The notes beneath the pieces are model-generated. The model did not search any database, was not told the origin of the DNA, and saw only the letters and a list, made by a program, of their open reading frames with translations. Made by a program: the position numbers and the translations under genes. Positions 1 through 13,959 of a DNA stretch of 64,000 bases are shown piece after piece; positions within the stretch are counted from its first letter, which is position 1, and the number at the start of each line of letters is the position of its first letter. The stretch is from NCBI RefSeq assembly GCF_001194135.2, contig NC_068982.1, forward strand, positions 99,859,176 through 99,923,175, in the 5' to 3' direction. The DNA is from Octopus bimaculoides. Taxonomy: Eukaryota.

Positions 1-38
<38 letters not shown>

Positions 39-410
39 TAGTGTGTTGTATGTGAGTATGCATGTGAATGTGTGGGTATAGATATGTACATGAATATATA
101 TTTGTGTGTGTGTGTGTGTGTGTACATGAATGTGTATGAGTATGTATGTATGTGTGTGTATAAACACATGCTGGTGCACCTTATGCAACTTGGTTATACT
201 GTGAATAGTAAATGAGTGGAGTTATGTGTAATTTAAGTGACAAGTTTACAGACAGACTAATAACAAGTAAATGGATGGGTATACGAGTGGGGCATGGATA
301 AGTACATAATAACAAATAGTAAACAGTAAAGTGACAAAATAACATGGCAAATAACTGTTAACTAGAAACCATGTTACTGGAATAAGTTTTAATGTTTATT
401 CCATTAGTGC

Positions 411-1420
411 TTGGGTCAGTGCAATGACCTGAGGAATAGCATTTCTGGAATCATACAACTTAACATGCACAAATGCAAAAGTGTCCTGTTATATCAATCC
501 TCCATGTCACAGTTTTACAGACTAATGAAGATCCACAAAATAAAGTGTGGATTAAAAATACAGCCAGTCATTCCAGAGAATGGAGTGATTCCTCTCATGG
601 CTACAGACCAAGAGCAATTGGCAACCAACAGAATTTCTTCAAATCTACAAAAACTTCCCGAAAGAACACTACTGGACAAGAACTACTGGATATATACTCC
701 ATGTTCACCAGCAGACAAGCAGACATCCTCTCTGCATACCTTGGCTCCCTTCTGAAGTTCTTTAAGTACAAAATGTTTTCTAAGTACAAAATCACCACCT
801 GTGAGGTGAGATCCTAGCTCTCCTAACATTTGCATGGTATGCAGTGCAGAGTAAAGCACTCCATATCATCCAAACATCTCACTATTTTGGACATATCTGG
901 ATGATGTCTTTGTACTGACCTTTCCAGAGATAGGTTCCTAAAAATCTACATAACCTTCAATGTTTTCCACATCAACATCTTGCTTTATATTGAATATCCA
1001 ATACCAGAAGTTTCTCTAACCTCAGTTCTACTAGAGAGTGAAGAATGACACCTTCCTCCATTCAGATTCCACATGCTCACAACACCTGAAATACTGTACT
1101 ACAATAAACAATTTGCCTGCCACATTCTGAATACAATAAGGACACACAGTTAAACTTTATATAGAAAAGTTTTGGTGAGATGCTGCCCAACAGCAGTTAT
1201 GAATTATGTTATGTGAAGCAAGTGTATACAATGGGGAGCAGACAAACACAGAAATCACTCAGTCCAGCAAGATTAAAAATAAATTCTGCCAAAGGACAGA
1301 AGAGCCCCTCACAGGGAAGCCAACACCTGATTGATGACTGGAGAATTGACAGACACTAACAGATTATCTGCCAATTGAAGCATGATATGATGATGCAGTC
1401 AAACTGAAATACCAAACAAA
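411..1420 (+). mobile_element. Decayed Penelope-like retroelement (RT plus GIY-YIG endonuclease remnants)
   Basis: Frame-broken motifs in Penelope-like order: FYRLMKIHK..KIQPVI (cf. FYGLPKIHK..PLRPII), LDIYSMFTS (cf. FDVxSLFTN), LFWTYLDDVFVL at ~885-915, then a GIY-YIG-like VYEL.C.C...Y.GE stretch at ~1195-1240. Confidence 0.7.
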
Positions 1421-1515
1421 ATCAGTCAGGATTCAGTTTGGCTGATAACTGGTAAAGATGGGAGAGATTATAGGTCTAATATGGAAACTATGGATCTTTA
1501 GGCTATCAATTTTGG

Positions 1516-1539
1516 ATGTGTGTGTGTGTGTGCGTGTGT

Positions 1540-1607
<68 letters not shown>

Positions 1608-1849
1608 NNNNNNNNNNNNNNNNNNNNNNNNNNNNNNNNNNNNNNNNNNNNNNNNNNNNNNNNNNNNNNNNNNNNNNNNNNNNNNNNNNNNNNNNNNNNN
1701 NNNNNNNNNNNNNNNNNNNNNNNNNNNNNNNNNNNNNNNNNNNNNNNNNNNNNNNNNNNNNNNNNNNNNNNNNNNNNNNNNNNNNNNNNNNNNNNNNNNN
1801 NNNNNNNNNNNNNNNNNNNNNNNNNNNNNNNNNNNNNNNNNNNNNNNNN

Positions 1850-1890
<41 letters not shown>

Positions 1891-1895
1891 TATAT
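1516..1895. repeat. (TG)n and (TA)n microsatellites flanking assembly gap 1608-1848
   Basis: Direct reading. ORFs listed here are repeat/N artefacts. Confidence 0.95.
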
Positions 1896-2372
1896 CAAAA
1901 TAAGCAACAGGATGTCAAGTAGATATGCAGTACAACTATTTCAAGTGGCTCCATTTAATTGAACATTGCAGTCATTACATCAATTTAAATGCAATGCCAC
2001 CATCAGTTGCACAAATAAATAGAATTTTAACCAGTTGGACACATTAATATAATTTTTCTCAAATACTTTAACAGAGCAAGAAGATGGAAGAAATTTATGT
2101 TGTCACTATTGTAGCTAAGACTAGACTACACTTCCAAAAATGGCATGAAGCCGACAGGGGTCATAGCTTGTAAAGGACTGTGGTCCATTTCTAATTCATT
2201 TGTCTCTTTATCAACTACTAAATCTAAGACTAGAGGACTGTGTCTGTTTGGAATGCAGTTGATGATGGCACTGCATTTAAACTGATGTAATGATTGCATT
2301 GTTCAATTAAATGGAGCCACTTGAAACAGTAGCATTGCATCACTACTTGTTATCTTGTTGCTTATTTTGATT
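1894..2372. mobile_element. Fold-back element with ~115-bp inverted arms (MITE-like or inverted Penelope-type terminal repeats)
   Basis: Left arm atcaaaataagcaac...gccaccatcagttgca (1894-2011) is the diverged reverse complement of right arm tgcagttgatgatggc...gttgcttattttgat (2254-2372). Confidence 0.85.
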
Positions 2373-2598
2373 TTATTCACCTTACTTCGAGGTGTGCAGA
2401 TAATACCAGACTGACTTAGTGCTTCAACTTAAGTACCTAATTCAACTGAATGTCAGTTATTTCTTATACACACACACACACACACATATATATATATTGA
2501 TATTTCACATAAACACAGCAATACTAACAGCCTGGTGTTAAGACTCAATATACATATGCTTCAAAATGAAGCATCAGTCAAGTACAGAACAATAGTAA

Positions 2599-2685
2599 GA
2601 AATTAGAATGACAAAGGAATAAACAATTGTTTTGAACATCATAAGATCAAGACATAATTGTTTATTCCTTTGTCATTCTAATTTC
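2599..2685. other. Perfect 30-bp inverted repeat (hairpin)
   Basis: 2599-2628 gaaattagaatgacaaaggaataaacaatt is the exact reverse complement of 2656-2685. Confidence 0.95.
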
Positions 2686-3042
2686 ATGTGTGTGTGAGTG
2701 TGTGTGCGTGTGTGCATGTGTCTGTGTAAATATGTACACACATACAGACACACACACATTTGCATCTACAGTACAGTAAAAAAACTCCACCCTAATTTAT
2801 CAAGTGGCTCCTTATTGTACAGTATCCTACACTTTCTATAGAAATAGTAAAGCCACTCAGACCAGACTTCCACAATTAGATTTGTGAATGTTAAAAAGAG
2901 CCAAACAATAACAATCAGCAATTAAATGCTACAAACAAATAAAAACTTAATTCATATTGCACAGTTTGTATTCGTGATGTCTGGTACATGAGTATAAACT
3001 TTTCAAGCATAAGTGTATATATAACTTATAGTAGTAAAACCA

Positions 3043-3096
<54 letters not shown>

Positions 3097-5703
3097 AGTG
3101 TCCTGGAACAGATAAAATTAGTAATAATTAATCTATAGTATATTAAACATTTCCTGTTATTTAAGAAGAGTAACCAGAAGTTTTTTAAAAGAACTGAAAG
3201 CACAATACTTATTGTATATTGTAGTAAAGAATCAGGAAAGTATCTCATAATGTTATTATGATAGTATATAATAGTTGAGTCTAATATTCACAGAAATGAA
3301 AATAAAAATGTCTTGCATATAACAGAAAATATAAAAAGCATTATAATTAGACTTCTGAGGCCATCATTTAGAAGTCAGTGATCTGCAGAGTTTGTTCTAG
3401 CATTTCTAAGTTATAAATACTTCCAAAATGTCTAAATCTATTCCCAAAACTTTGATAGATATGCTACTAAAATATATATTTTCTCAACTCAAGTTTAGCA
3501 ATCATACAACACCATCTAATGTGTAATTCTCCCCCATTATTTAATTCTTAGCAACAGACACAATATTTCGAACTATAGAATTTCATTTGAAGTTTATTAC
3601 TTGCCTGTTCTATCTTGAATGTCTTATGGAGAAATTGGCCAAGCCCTTCTTTGAGATGACACATTATGAATAACTATTGAGAGTACATCTGGGGCAATTG
3701 GCTACTAAGAAGAACTGGAATCAGTAGCAATGTTAGTGAGAGTCAAAGCTAAAACAAGTTGACATGTTGACTCATCTAACCTATGGTAAGTGTAGACATG
3801 TTGATGTTAAAGTGACACTGTTGCAGTTACTAAATGTTCTCTTAGTAAGATGTCAAAATAATTTTATGAACTAATATAACCCCTCTAAGACTTCACTTCA
3901 TTTTTTAAAGAAATCAGACATCAGCTGAATGATATTTACAAATTTTACATGAGTTTTGTAAAAACTAAAATATAAATTGAAAAAAGAATTACATATAACT
4001 TGTCACTGCGATTTAATTTAGTTGCTGAAGATTGATATTTAAAATGTTTTATATAAAAATATTACCCCCAAAATAGCATGGCAATAACGATATTTCTAAA
4101 TGACTTTTGAAAGGTTAGAATCTGGATACATAGACTTTCAGAAGGAAACTAAGATAAAAACTCAAACAAACAAGAAAATTTAATTGGTTTGTTTGGAGAG
4201 AAAACCATGCCAGCTTCAGATAATTTCACAGATTGGAAACAGAAGGCAAAATGAATTGTCAGTTTGTAAAAGGAAACAATGATAAGCTAATGGTAGGAGA
4301 AAGCTCAGAGGTACAGAAGAAAAAACACACACACGCACACATGCACGCGCACACACACACATGTATAGAAGAGGGAAGAGAGAAAGTAAAATAGCAGTTA
4401 GAAATTTGGCAATAACAAATAGATAAATGTTGAAAATGGAAGCTACTTGAGGAGATAGTTTAATATCACTGAGCAAATGATGTTAGCAAAGTCATACAAG
4501 TGAGCAAGAGATTTATTTACAGAGAAAATAAATTCAATTTAAGTCGAAGGAAGAATTTCACTTGTTTTTATTTTTTCCATTTTGTAAGTTTTTAATAACT
4601 ACAAGATAAACCATCACAACATTTAACTGAAGCATATAATCCAAGAATATTAACCACCTCGTGTAGTGGCAGCAGCACTTATGNNNNNNNNNNCAGGTTA
4701 TAACTGGCAACACTTGATACATATTAAAGCAAAACAACTCAACTGCTTCAGTTCATTGCAACACTGGAATATTTTAAGGACACACACATTACAAATACAA
4801 AATGACTAATAACAAACTAAATAGAATTTTTGAAGCCAAACCTGTTTTTTTCTCCCCCAGCATTATAAAGTGGACTGAAGAAATAGAAAAGATATCTAAA
4901 AAAAAACAAAATCTTTTAAATTATAGCTAGTCTCTTCAAGGGAAATGAACACTTCATCTATGCTCATATTTCCTCACCACCCCACTTTCCAACAAAACCC
5001 AAAGCATTACTTTGGAGTTAAGTAACATTGCTGGTCACCCTATCTATTACTGTTTAGGTAGGTTTTTCTAAAACATCCAGCAATCTCAAAAATCAAGTTT
5101 GCCAGTAACTTAATTACTTTAAGGGTGTATGTTTGAGAGGATACAGTACAAAAAGCTGTCACTAGGTTTTATATTGTGTTCATTGGTACCAATAATATCG
5201 AGTTTAATGACATTAAATTTTGATCTAGTTTAGTTTCACACTAATAGCTATAGTAAGGTTTAGCCTAGCAACACTAGTGGTTAGCCTAATGCTACAAGTC
5301 ATTGTCAGATCTAGTCTTGCAAAACTAGTTGTAATGAAACTTAGCTTGGTTGAAATGAGACATCCTAAGATATCAGGTTCAGATCGTTTCACATTTTTAT
5401 GTTAAAGAATTTCCACTAGTTCTCTAACCAACCATTTTGAAATGGTACAACACTAAACAAACCCTTTGTTGAAGAATCATGAAAAAAAAAGACTTTTATT
5501 ATATCTGTGTAGTTTTCATAGCACAAAGGATATTTTTGCACTTACACCAATCCACTAAACTAAAACAAATTGTCCTTTACCACCTACTACTAAGGTTTGT
5601 TAGTGTGAGACCAAGTATAAGGCTAGAAAACACAAATTCAGAAAATCTATCTGTGTACAACCAATCAACCAATAGAAAAACAAAGTAACGCTTGATGTAA
5701 AAA

Positions 5704-6584
5704 TACAAAGGGATACCCAAAAGTAACTGGAAACATTTTCTGTGGGACAAAATCTACTGTAGTTTAGGCTTCCACTGCTACAAGCTACTTGATGCAACCC
5801 TCAGGCATCAGTCTGCCAACCAGTGGCATCGAGTGAAGTTGTAATGCCACATGGTATGTCTTTGTTTTGCAGTGCTTCTCCCCTGTTCATCAATTTTTGT
5901 GATGGCTGAAACAAAGGAACAGTGTGCGTCTGTGAAATTCTGCTTTGTGCTAGGGAAATTGGCAGCTAAAACAGTTGTCAAGCTTCAAAGGATGCTGCCA
6001 TGAGCAAAACAAGTTTACGAGTGGCTCCCATGTTTTAGGAATTGTCACTTGAAAACCAATCTTGTTCAAGACAACCGTTGACCTCCCAAATAAATGAAAA
6101 CATCATGAAAATTCATGAACTGATCTTGGAGGACCGTCGCCAAACAATTGATGAACTTGTTGATATGACTGATGTATCCTGGAGCTCCTGCCAACGAATT
6201 TTGAGTGAGGAATTGCAAATGAAAAAAGTTGCAGCAAAATTTGTGTCTTGCTTGCTCACAGAAGATCTCACAGAAGATCAAAAGCAGTCACGGCTGAATG
6301 CATGTCATGAACTGAAAGAACAGTTAGAAATTGATCCAGACCTTTTTTCGAAGGTCATCACTGGTGATGAAAGCTGGTGCTATGGAATTTGCAGACAAAG
6401 GCATTATAAGGCATCATTTCACAAGAGTTCCAGCACTGCTTCGAATAGTGGAAAATGTGCTGCCTGGATCAATGCATTGCTTCAAATGAAGAATATGTTG
6501 AAGGCGATAAAAGTGTAAACATGTAAAACTAAATGAATAAAATAATATTGCACAATTCCAGTTTCCTTTAGGTATCCCCTCATA
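5704..6584 (+). mobile_element. Internally deleted mariner transposon (irritans-like)
   Basis: TIRs tacaaagggatacccaaaagtaactggaa and ttccagtttcctttaggtatcccctcata, TA ends. Transposase from ATG 5902 (MAETKEQCASVKFCF...); ORF 6042-6518 has DRRQTIDEL, KKVAAKFV, VITGDESWCYG, then jumps to the C-terminus. Confidence 0.92.
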
Positions 6585-8609
6585 TAACATAAAATATAGT
6601 GTGGATAATGTTACACTTGCATTTACTATTTTTTTTACATTTGCATTCTTTTACATTTACATATCAGATCTTCAATATGTTAATCACTCTGATGAATGGG
6701 TTTAGCAGTCATTTTCACTGAAGCCAAATAATGAAGTAGATAAGATAATGTAATATGAGATCATGGGTCAAGAGTTCAAAGCCATTGTAAACATTTTGCT
6801 GTATCTATGGGATAGCCATTAATTTTCCATTCCTCACCTTACTTAACAACTAAAAGTAGGTAACAGAACTTCTGAGAGTGTTACCTATGATAGACTAGTT
6901 TGATATTCTTATAGTGATTCCTCTATTGTTAGCTTAATGCACAGAAACCATAGCTAAACATTAGCCTTGTGAGCCAAGTTCCCTGCTGCTCATAGCAAAT
7001 TCTTGTCTTCTTTATTCTTCAGTCACTTATATTTCAACTAGATTTAGTGAGATTAGAAAAGTAATGTGCCCAAGGGCACAACACAACAATTAAGACAAAC
7101 TTGAAACCATGACCTATGCACAATGGTTTGGATGTTTAGAATACAAAACAAAAATCACCTAACACCTAAATTATTTTTTCCAATTATGCAGGCTCACATC
7201 ATTACAATACCTGTCTAATTGCTTTTAGCAACAGTTGTAAAAGAACAGAGTTATCTATGAACTTATCAGGTATGGAGGAGGATGTGCAAAAAAAAAAAAG
7301 AAAGAAAGAATTAAATGAAATTTATAACAATAATAATGATAAAATTATATTAAAAAAATTTACATTCAAATTGTGGTATGGTTTATGCACATTTAACCTG
7401 ATATTTCTTGAAACATAACTATTTCAACAAACTGTTTCTATTATAATAAATATCCTATGCCAGTACAGAACTTGAATGTTAAATGATGATGAGGATGATG
7501 ATCAATACCCATCCATTCAATCGAGTTACTTGAGAAATAATCCAATGTGGTCCATAAAACTCAGCAATCTCCACAAAACTGTCAATGCTCAACTCAGTTC
7601 TTATAATTCAACAGGTCTGTTGCTTTGTATCTTTGGTATAGAACTGAAAACTAATGGAAGTATATATATTATAGAGATTAACAACTGAAATTAATTGAAA
7701 GAAATGTTACACTTAAGAGACCTCCACACAGTTGCTTGTCCAGCAAAATTAGCAGCTAAACACCCGCTGAAATATCACCTTATTATCCTAAATGTGTAAG
7801 TTACATTGTATAGTCTTGGATGAACTGTGCTTGAAGCAAAATGGCATACACAAAGCTAAAATATCTGTCATCACAAGTCAATTCCCCAAAATCAGGGCTG
7901 ATCTGTATTATTATTATTATTATTATTATTATTGTTATTATTATTATTTGGAGCACTTGAAGTCTGGTATCAGTTGTCTTGGAACGGAGAAGATAAAAGT
8001 GAACATGTTAAAAATATTCATATGACAATGAACAGCACTTTGACCAACTTGCATATTAAATTCTTCATCATAACTATCTAAATTACAACTATCAAATAGA
8101 TCTATCATAAATTTAAGAACAACAAAAAATTAAATATCAGCATAAACTGGAATAAAATATCTCACATCATAACCATGGTTTTAAGTTTGTAATTCACAAT
8201 GGATGATCTTATTAGGGTAGATGGATTTTTTTTTCCTTGATCAACAAGAAGTGGTTCAAACAAGAAACTGACAAACAGAACAGAAACTGATACTTAGAGA
8301 TATTTTCAAGCTGAAGTATATAGTAACAGAAGGTATAATTCCTCAGAGAAACAGCAATCATTTATGTTCTTAATAATTATATTTCCATGTGGTGCAATCT
8401 AAGATGTTTTCATAATGCAAAGTCTCATAGGTAGTGCTGCATCAAGAACTAGTTAATTGCAACGAAAAAGTCACGCACGCACATACACATATAGTAAAAC
8501 TGTAGAATCCAAGAAACTAGTGATGTTTCGAATCAGCAAAAAAAAGCTCATACAAATAATTCAAATACTGGATTAAATTTTAAATTTCATTCCATTTCAA
8601 ATTATTCAC

Positions 8610-8647
<38 letters not shown>

Positions 8648-9239
8648 GGTACAATTTTGATGCACTTTCTATTATTATTAGGTACAATTTTCACAGCACC
8701 AATTTTACATAACCACTTCAGCCAAATACAGAAGAGTTCTCACAAGCTATAAATAATAACCCTCACTTTGGTGTGCAATAGTATTAATAATAATAATAAT
8801 TTCTTTATTTGCCAATAAGGCTGACAGAAAGAAGACATTTGAAGGACAAATAAACAAGATAATGGGAGGGCTACAGAGAATCGAGTATGAGAAAACAGAT
8901 ATAAATAACAACAGGCACAAAAGTGAAGAAAATGAAATGTCTCAATAGAGAGACACCTGCATGGGATGAAACAGGAAACCCTACAGACCCAGGATTACTC
9001 TTACTGACAAAGGCAATTGCCCTCTCCCAACTGTATTTTTCAACCTACAAGTGCATGCTGATAGTAAACCAATATACTGCTTTCACAGACTAATCTGCAG
9101 AATGTGAAATGCTGTTGGCATATATAAGTGCATCCCTTATAATAGACTGTGTGGACTTTGATTGCTAGATTTATTTGTCATGAGTCACATGTTTATTTTG
9201 CCATAATCACCATCTTTCAGTAAATTTACTACAAAGCAG

Positions 9240-10110
9240 TGCCTTCCTCTCTCCCCTCAACTTCCTCTCCAAGTTGATGAGCGATTGACCTGCAGAGAAA
9301 CACGTCTATCCTCAATCTTTTCTATGTCATCCATCAATCTCTTTAGCCATAGACAACATACTGCTTGCTCTTATCAACGAAAGAAAGAATGCAGGGCAAT
9401 CCCCAAGCAAGATTCAGTTAATAGTTGAAACTGTTCTATATGCAACTGCAAATTTCCAACATAACTCCACAAACCAGCAGTGCTTACTAAGACATTGAAT
9501 GAGTACATGCAGGATGGTTTCATTGCTCTGCATGCCTCTCAAACAGACTTAGACAATAACATTTCCATGCTTGTAGTGAATATCCTGAATTAACAATATT
9601 CCTCAGCTACATTGCCAGGTTAGGAATTTCTAGAAATTGTCTGAACTGAAAGTCATTTGGAATAGATTTTGCAATCAGTCTTCATGGATACTTAGAGACC
9701 CTCTGACATTAGTAGAGAGCAAAAGCCTACCACTAATCCTCTACAGAGAAGAAGGGTTGACATACCACTGATTACATTGCCTGGCTGGTAGAAAACTGTG
9801 ACTGCCTGACATTATTCAAAGAGATGAATTTTGGTCTTAACTTCTCAGGACTGCAGCTCCATCAAAAAGACACGCCTAACAAATAGGACCACACTTGCTC
9901 ATCAGCCAGGAATCTCTGGATGCTGCAGCCTTACAGCATACCTGCACATCATCAGTTATAGCATAGCAAGCTCTTTATGCAGAGAGTATTGTCAGCAGAT
10001 GGACTGTCTGGTCAGAGGAACACATCTCTTCCATTAAATGCAAAAGAACAGATATTCCAATCTGATCAGATGAAAACTGGGGCAAATACAACTATCAGAC
10101 AGCAATAAAT
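9240..10110 (+). mobile_element. Heavily decayed Penelope-like remnant
   Basis: EYMQDGFIAL (cf. RYxDDxF) at ~9500-9530; GIY-YIG-like SSLCREY...EEHISSIKCKRTDIP at ~9965-10060. Confidence 0.4.
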
Positions 10111-11911
10111 AATTAGGTGATATATCTCCCAGCCCCATTTATAACATTGTCCTGCTCCTATCTACCTGGAGGTCTGTCTGAAACAAGACCCACCAAACAT
10201 CTTAAGCAGATAATTGTTCCAGTGGCCCATGACATTGGCCAACATGGTGCTGTGGTGCAAGTACCCTTGTTAATGATGATGATGATGATGATGATGATAT
10301 TTTTAAAACTTGGCACCTAGTCAAATTATAATGGACAGGAATAATTGATTAAACTGCTTCTAATGCTTGATTGATAAACATTTATTGACCCGGGAGGGGA
10401 GGAAACACGAAGTTAATTTGATTACTCAAAGCATAAAGGTGTGTAAATAGTGCTGCAAAGTATTTAGTCCAGCTCTACCAATTCTGCTATTCACTATCCT
10501 ACATTTTTCAATAGTATTAATAAATAACAAGAGATAAAAATGGTTATAGTGAATATTTATTTCACTATATAACACTGAAGTTTTTCAGTAAATAAAGTAT
10601 TCAACCACCTGATCAGGACAGGAGTTTTGTTGTTTGTCTTGGAAGAACACTTACTTCTACATGTATCAGTTCCATCCAGCACCTGTTCCAGAGGAAGTAG
10701 AATAGTATTTATATTTTTTGAGAATATTCAGAACAATAGATCAACAAGCTATCCAAGAGTTGATTTTCCTTTCATTTGTGCAACTCTGTTGTATCTAGAG
10801 CTTTAAGAAGACCTATGACTTCTGAAAGGATTCACTAATCGACTCCAGAGGGATGAAAGAGTCAAACTCTTTGCTCATTTAAACTTTAAAAAAAAATTTT
10901 AAGACAGTACACCACACAAAATAATGTAAAAACATTGGTCCAACTCTCCACAAACTACCTGCACTTAGTGAGCTGTTTTGAGAAAACAAAAGTAATATGA
11001 ATAATTATAGTAGCTACACACTAAGTTATAAAATCTGACAGTTGAGGGAGATGAAATGTTGGTTATGAATTTGTGTTTTAGAACAGATGAACATTTCTAT
11101 GATATGTGTTGGGACTTAATATCTGAAATTTTTTGGCAAATAGATATACTTTGGCAATGTCTGCAATGTTGGTATATAGAAGCACCATACTAAATAATTT
11201 TAAAACACTGATCCAATTCTCTATAAACTATGTCTTGATTTAAAAAGCTACTAGAGAAAACAAAAAGTAATACAGTATATAGCAGCTGTTATATAATAAA
11301 TGCCATAGCACAAACTTTTGAAGCAACAGGACTTTAAAACTTCCAGTTGTCTACATACCAATCTCCTAGAGATTCTCCTTAATAACCTTATCTATATTGA
11401 AAGGCTCATAAAAACATCCAGTGACATGGAGGAGTTCCAAAAATGGAAAGCTAGATAAAGATTAACAAACATTTTTTGCCAAGAATGTGATACAAGTTAA
11501 AAGCCCAAAACTTAGTTTTCATATAGAGCAGTAATAATACAAAAATTGTTGCCAATATTACATAGAAATATGTTGCCAATATTTTATCTATATTGCTATA
11601 GTATTTGTAAGAAAGTGCACTAATTACATCCAACCACACTTGAAACAGTTTTTCAAAGGTGAGGAAATTTCTGAGTAGAAACACACTACTTTCTATAAAA
11701 AAGCATTAATCCAATTACATAAGGTCACAAATTTGTGTCAGTGGCTTAATGAATAAGAACATTATTATCTTTAATTTAAAAATGAAGAATCCTAGTTCAG
11801 ACCCAGTCTGGTACCATGTACACATCTATGAACAACACTTGATAACAACTGGAGATCAAACCAATCAAAATATAGTGAAGATGTAAATATCAAAAAAGCA
11901 CTTCAACTTAC

Positions 11912-11984
11912 CTGGCATTTCATCAAAAGGAATGGGAAATTACTAAAAGCATGAATGTCACACAAAGATATGAGTAACATATAC
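11912..11984 (-). other. Candidate 73-nt internal exon of an unidentified minus-strand gene
   Basis: Minus strand: tttcatttctcgcttgtag| ...GAAATGCCAG|gtaagt. Strong acceptor and consensus donor. One open frame (YMLLISLCDIHAFSNFPFLLMKCQ), or a 5'UTR ending in ATG CCA G. No homology recognised. Confidence 0.3.
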
Positions 11985-13032
11985 CTACAAGCGAGAAATG
12001 AAACACTTCTCAAAAAAATCATCTTCCTAAATCTGACAGGATTTGAGCTCAGTAAGTAAAGTAAGTTATCTAATCACCAAGGTCATTTTGTAGAATTTGG
12101 TCCAATTCTGCCAATCTACAGCCAACCTTATTACATATTTGTCTCTCTGGGAAATTATTTCAACAGTGCTTATCTAATTAACATAACCCAGATAGCTCAT
12201 ATTAGACATGCACTATTTCCATGAATAAATTATTGAAAATATCTTTCAATAAGGACATGACAAACTTCAATAACAAGAAAACACAATACTATGTCTTAGT
12301 AGATGCCAGGTCTTATGATTGTACATAATCACTTACATTGGTTACATATCTATGTAGTATAACAAAGACTGCATCACAAACACTTAGTCACTTCTCACTT
12401 AGCCTACACTTCATGTCCAGAAATTAATTTTACTGAACACCGGCAAACAAACAATCACAAGTGTGCCCTACATCAGAGTACTGCTCACGTAACAGGAACA
12501 GAGCAGCTGCTACACATGCAAACATTCTAAAATACATTCATCATAATAACAACCTGACTGATAAGAAAACCTTCTTTCACTATCTTTTCTATCATCACCA
12601 CAATGGTTTCTGAGGCTTGAAAGTATCTAGCAAGCCATGCCATACCCAATTCACTTGTTTCTCCTTGACTTGTCATCTCTGTATGGTCTCATGCTCCAAA
12701 CTCAGTAAACATTCTCACAACAAATTTATCCCTAAAAATGATATCCTTGGCATCGAAGGCATTTGTCCATCCTCTACCAATTCTCTCAATCTATTGCCGA
12801 TAATAAAATATACTGACAGGAAAATTTACAATTAGAATGAGTTAATAGCTTTTCAAAAAAAGAATAACAAAAACGAAATTGAGATCAAAGATCCTCAATA
12901 CATGGCTCATGTCTTTATAAGACTGAGTGCAACAACTTATCCTTCTTTTGCTTCCAAAAATCTCAAATTTCTGGTGCCAATATTAGTTCCAACTGATGAT
13001 GATAGTGATGGTGGTGGTGGCGGCAGCAGCAG

Positions 13033-13042
13033 CAGTAGTAGT

Positions 13043-13112
<70 letters not shown>
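13033..13112. repeat. (AGT)n microsatellite
   Basis: Direct reading; source of the poly-Ser ORF 12996-13178. Confidence 0.95.
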
Positions 13113-13495
13113 CATTTAATGCCCACTTTTTCATACCTGCATGGGTCAGACAGAATTGCTGAAGCAGATTTTCTATGACACCTTTCTCAGAACCAACCCT
13201 CACCTATTTCCAAGCAAGGTAATATTTTCCTACAACTTGACAAACTTTGCACAGAAAACAGGAAATGAACAACCTTGCTTGTATGACAATGACACACATT
13301 TACAGCCATCACATTAAGACAAAAGCACACACACACACACAACAGTCTTCTTTCAGTTTCCACCTATCAAATCCACTCACAAGGCTTTGGTAGGCTCAGG
13401 GATATAATAGAAGACATTTGCCCAAGGTACAATGCAGTGGGACTGAACCCAGAATCATGTGGTTGGGAAGCAAGTTTCTTAACCACACAGTTATG
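13113..13495 (-). mobile_element. tRNA/CORE-type SINE with RTE-like 3' tail (family B2)
   Basis: Minus strand: gtgtggttaagaaacttgcttcc..gttcagtcccactg..ccttgggcaaatg head, internal (TG)n, tail ...gacccatgcaggtatgaaaaagtgggcattaaatg running into (ACT)n. Confidence 0.75.
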
Positions 13496-13959
13496 TCTAT
13501 GATAAGTTCTATTCAGAGACAAAAATGGGGCTACAACAGACCAAGTTTATAGGAAGTTCGTCAGCCTACAAGCAGAATGGTCAGCAGTTGGTATCTTATA
13601 AACCTTTTTGTGGCCATAGTGAACAATATTTTTCACTGGATTGTTTTTATAAGCAGTTAACAGATGCTAAGTGTGCAATCCTCACCACCAACATTATCAC
13701 CATAGGTTAACAGTGAGAGCAGTTTTATAATTGCCAAGAATTTCAAGCTTTTGTGAACATTCTTGCATTGCTAAGATCCAGTGCTTTCAATAGTGTAACT
13801 TGGGGAACCACATTTCTAATCTCAGTGATGGTGATGATTCATTTCATCATCATCATATAGTATCTATTCTCCATGCTGGCATGGGTTATGGATATTATCT
13901 ACTCAGGAGAACTCAACCAGTTAACTTTCTTTACAACAACTGTGTAAGATAAATAAGTA

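Noticed and set aside
1458-1962. Long ORFs here and at 23128-23383, 49576-50657 and 61566-62448
   Set aside because: Open only because of N-gaps and dinucleotide repeats.
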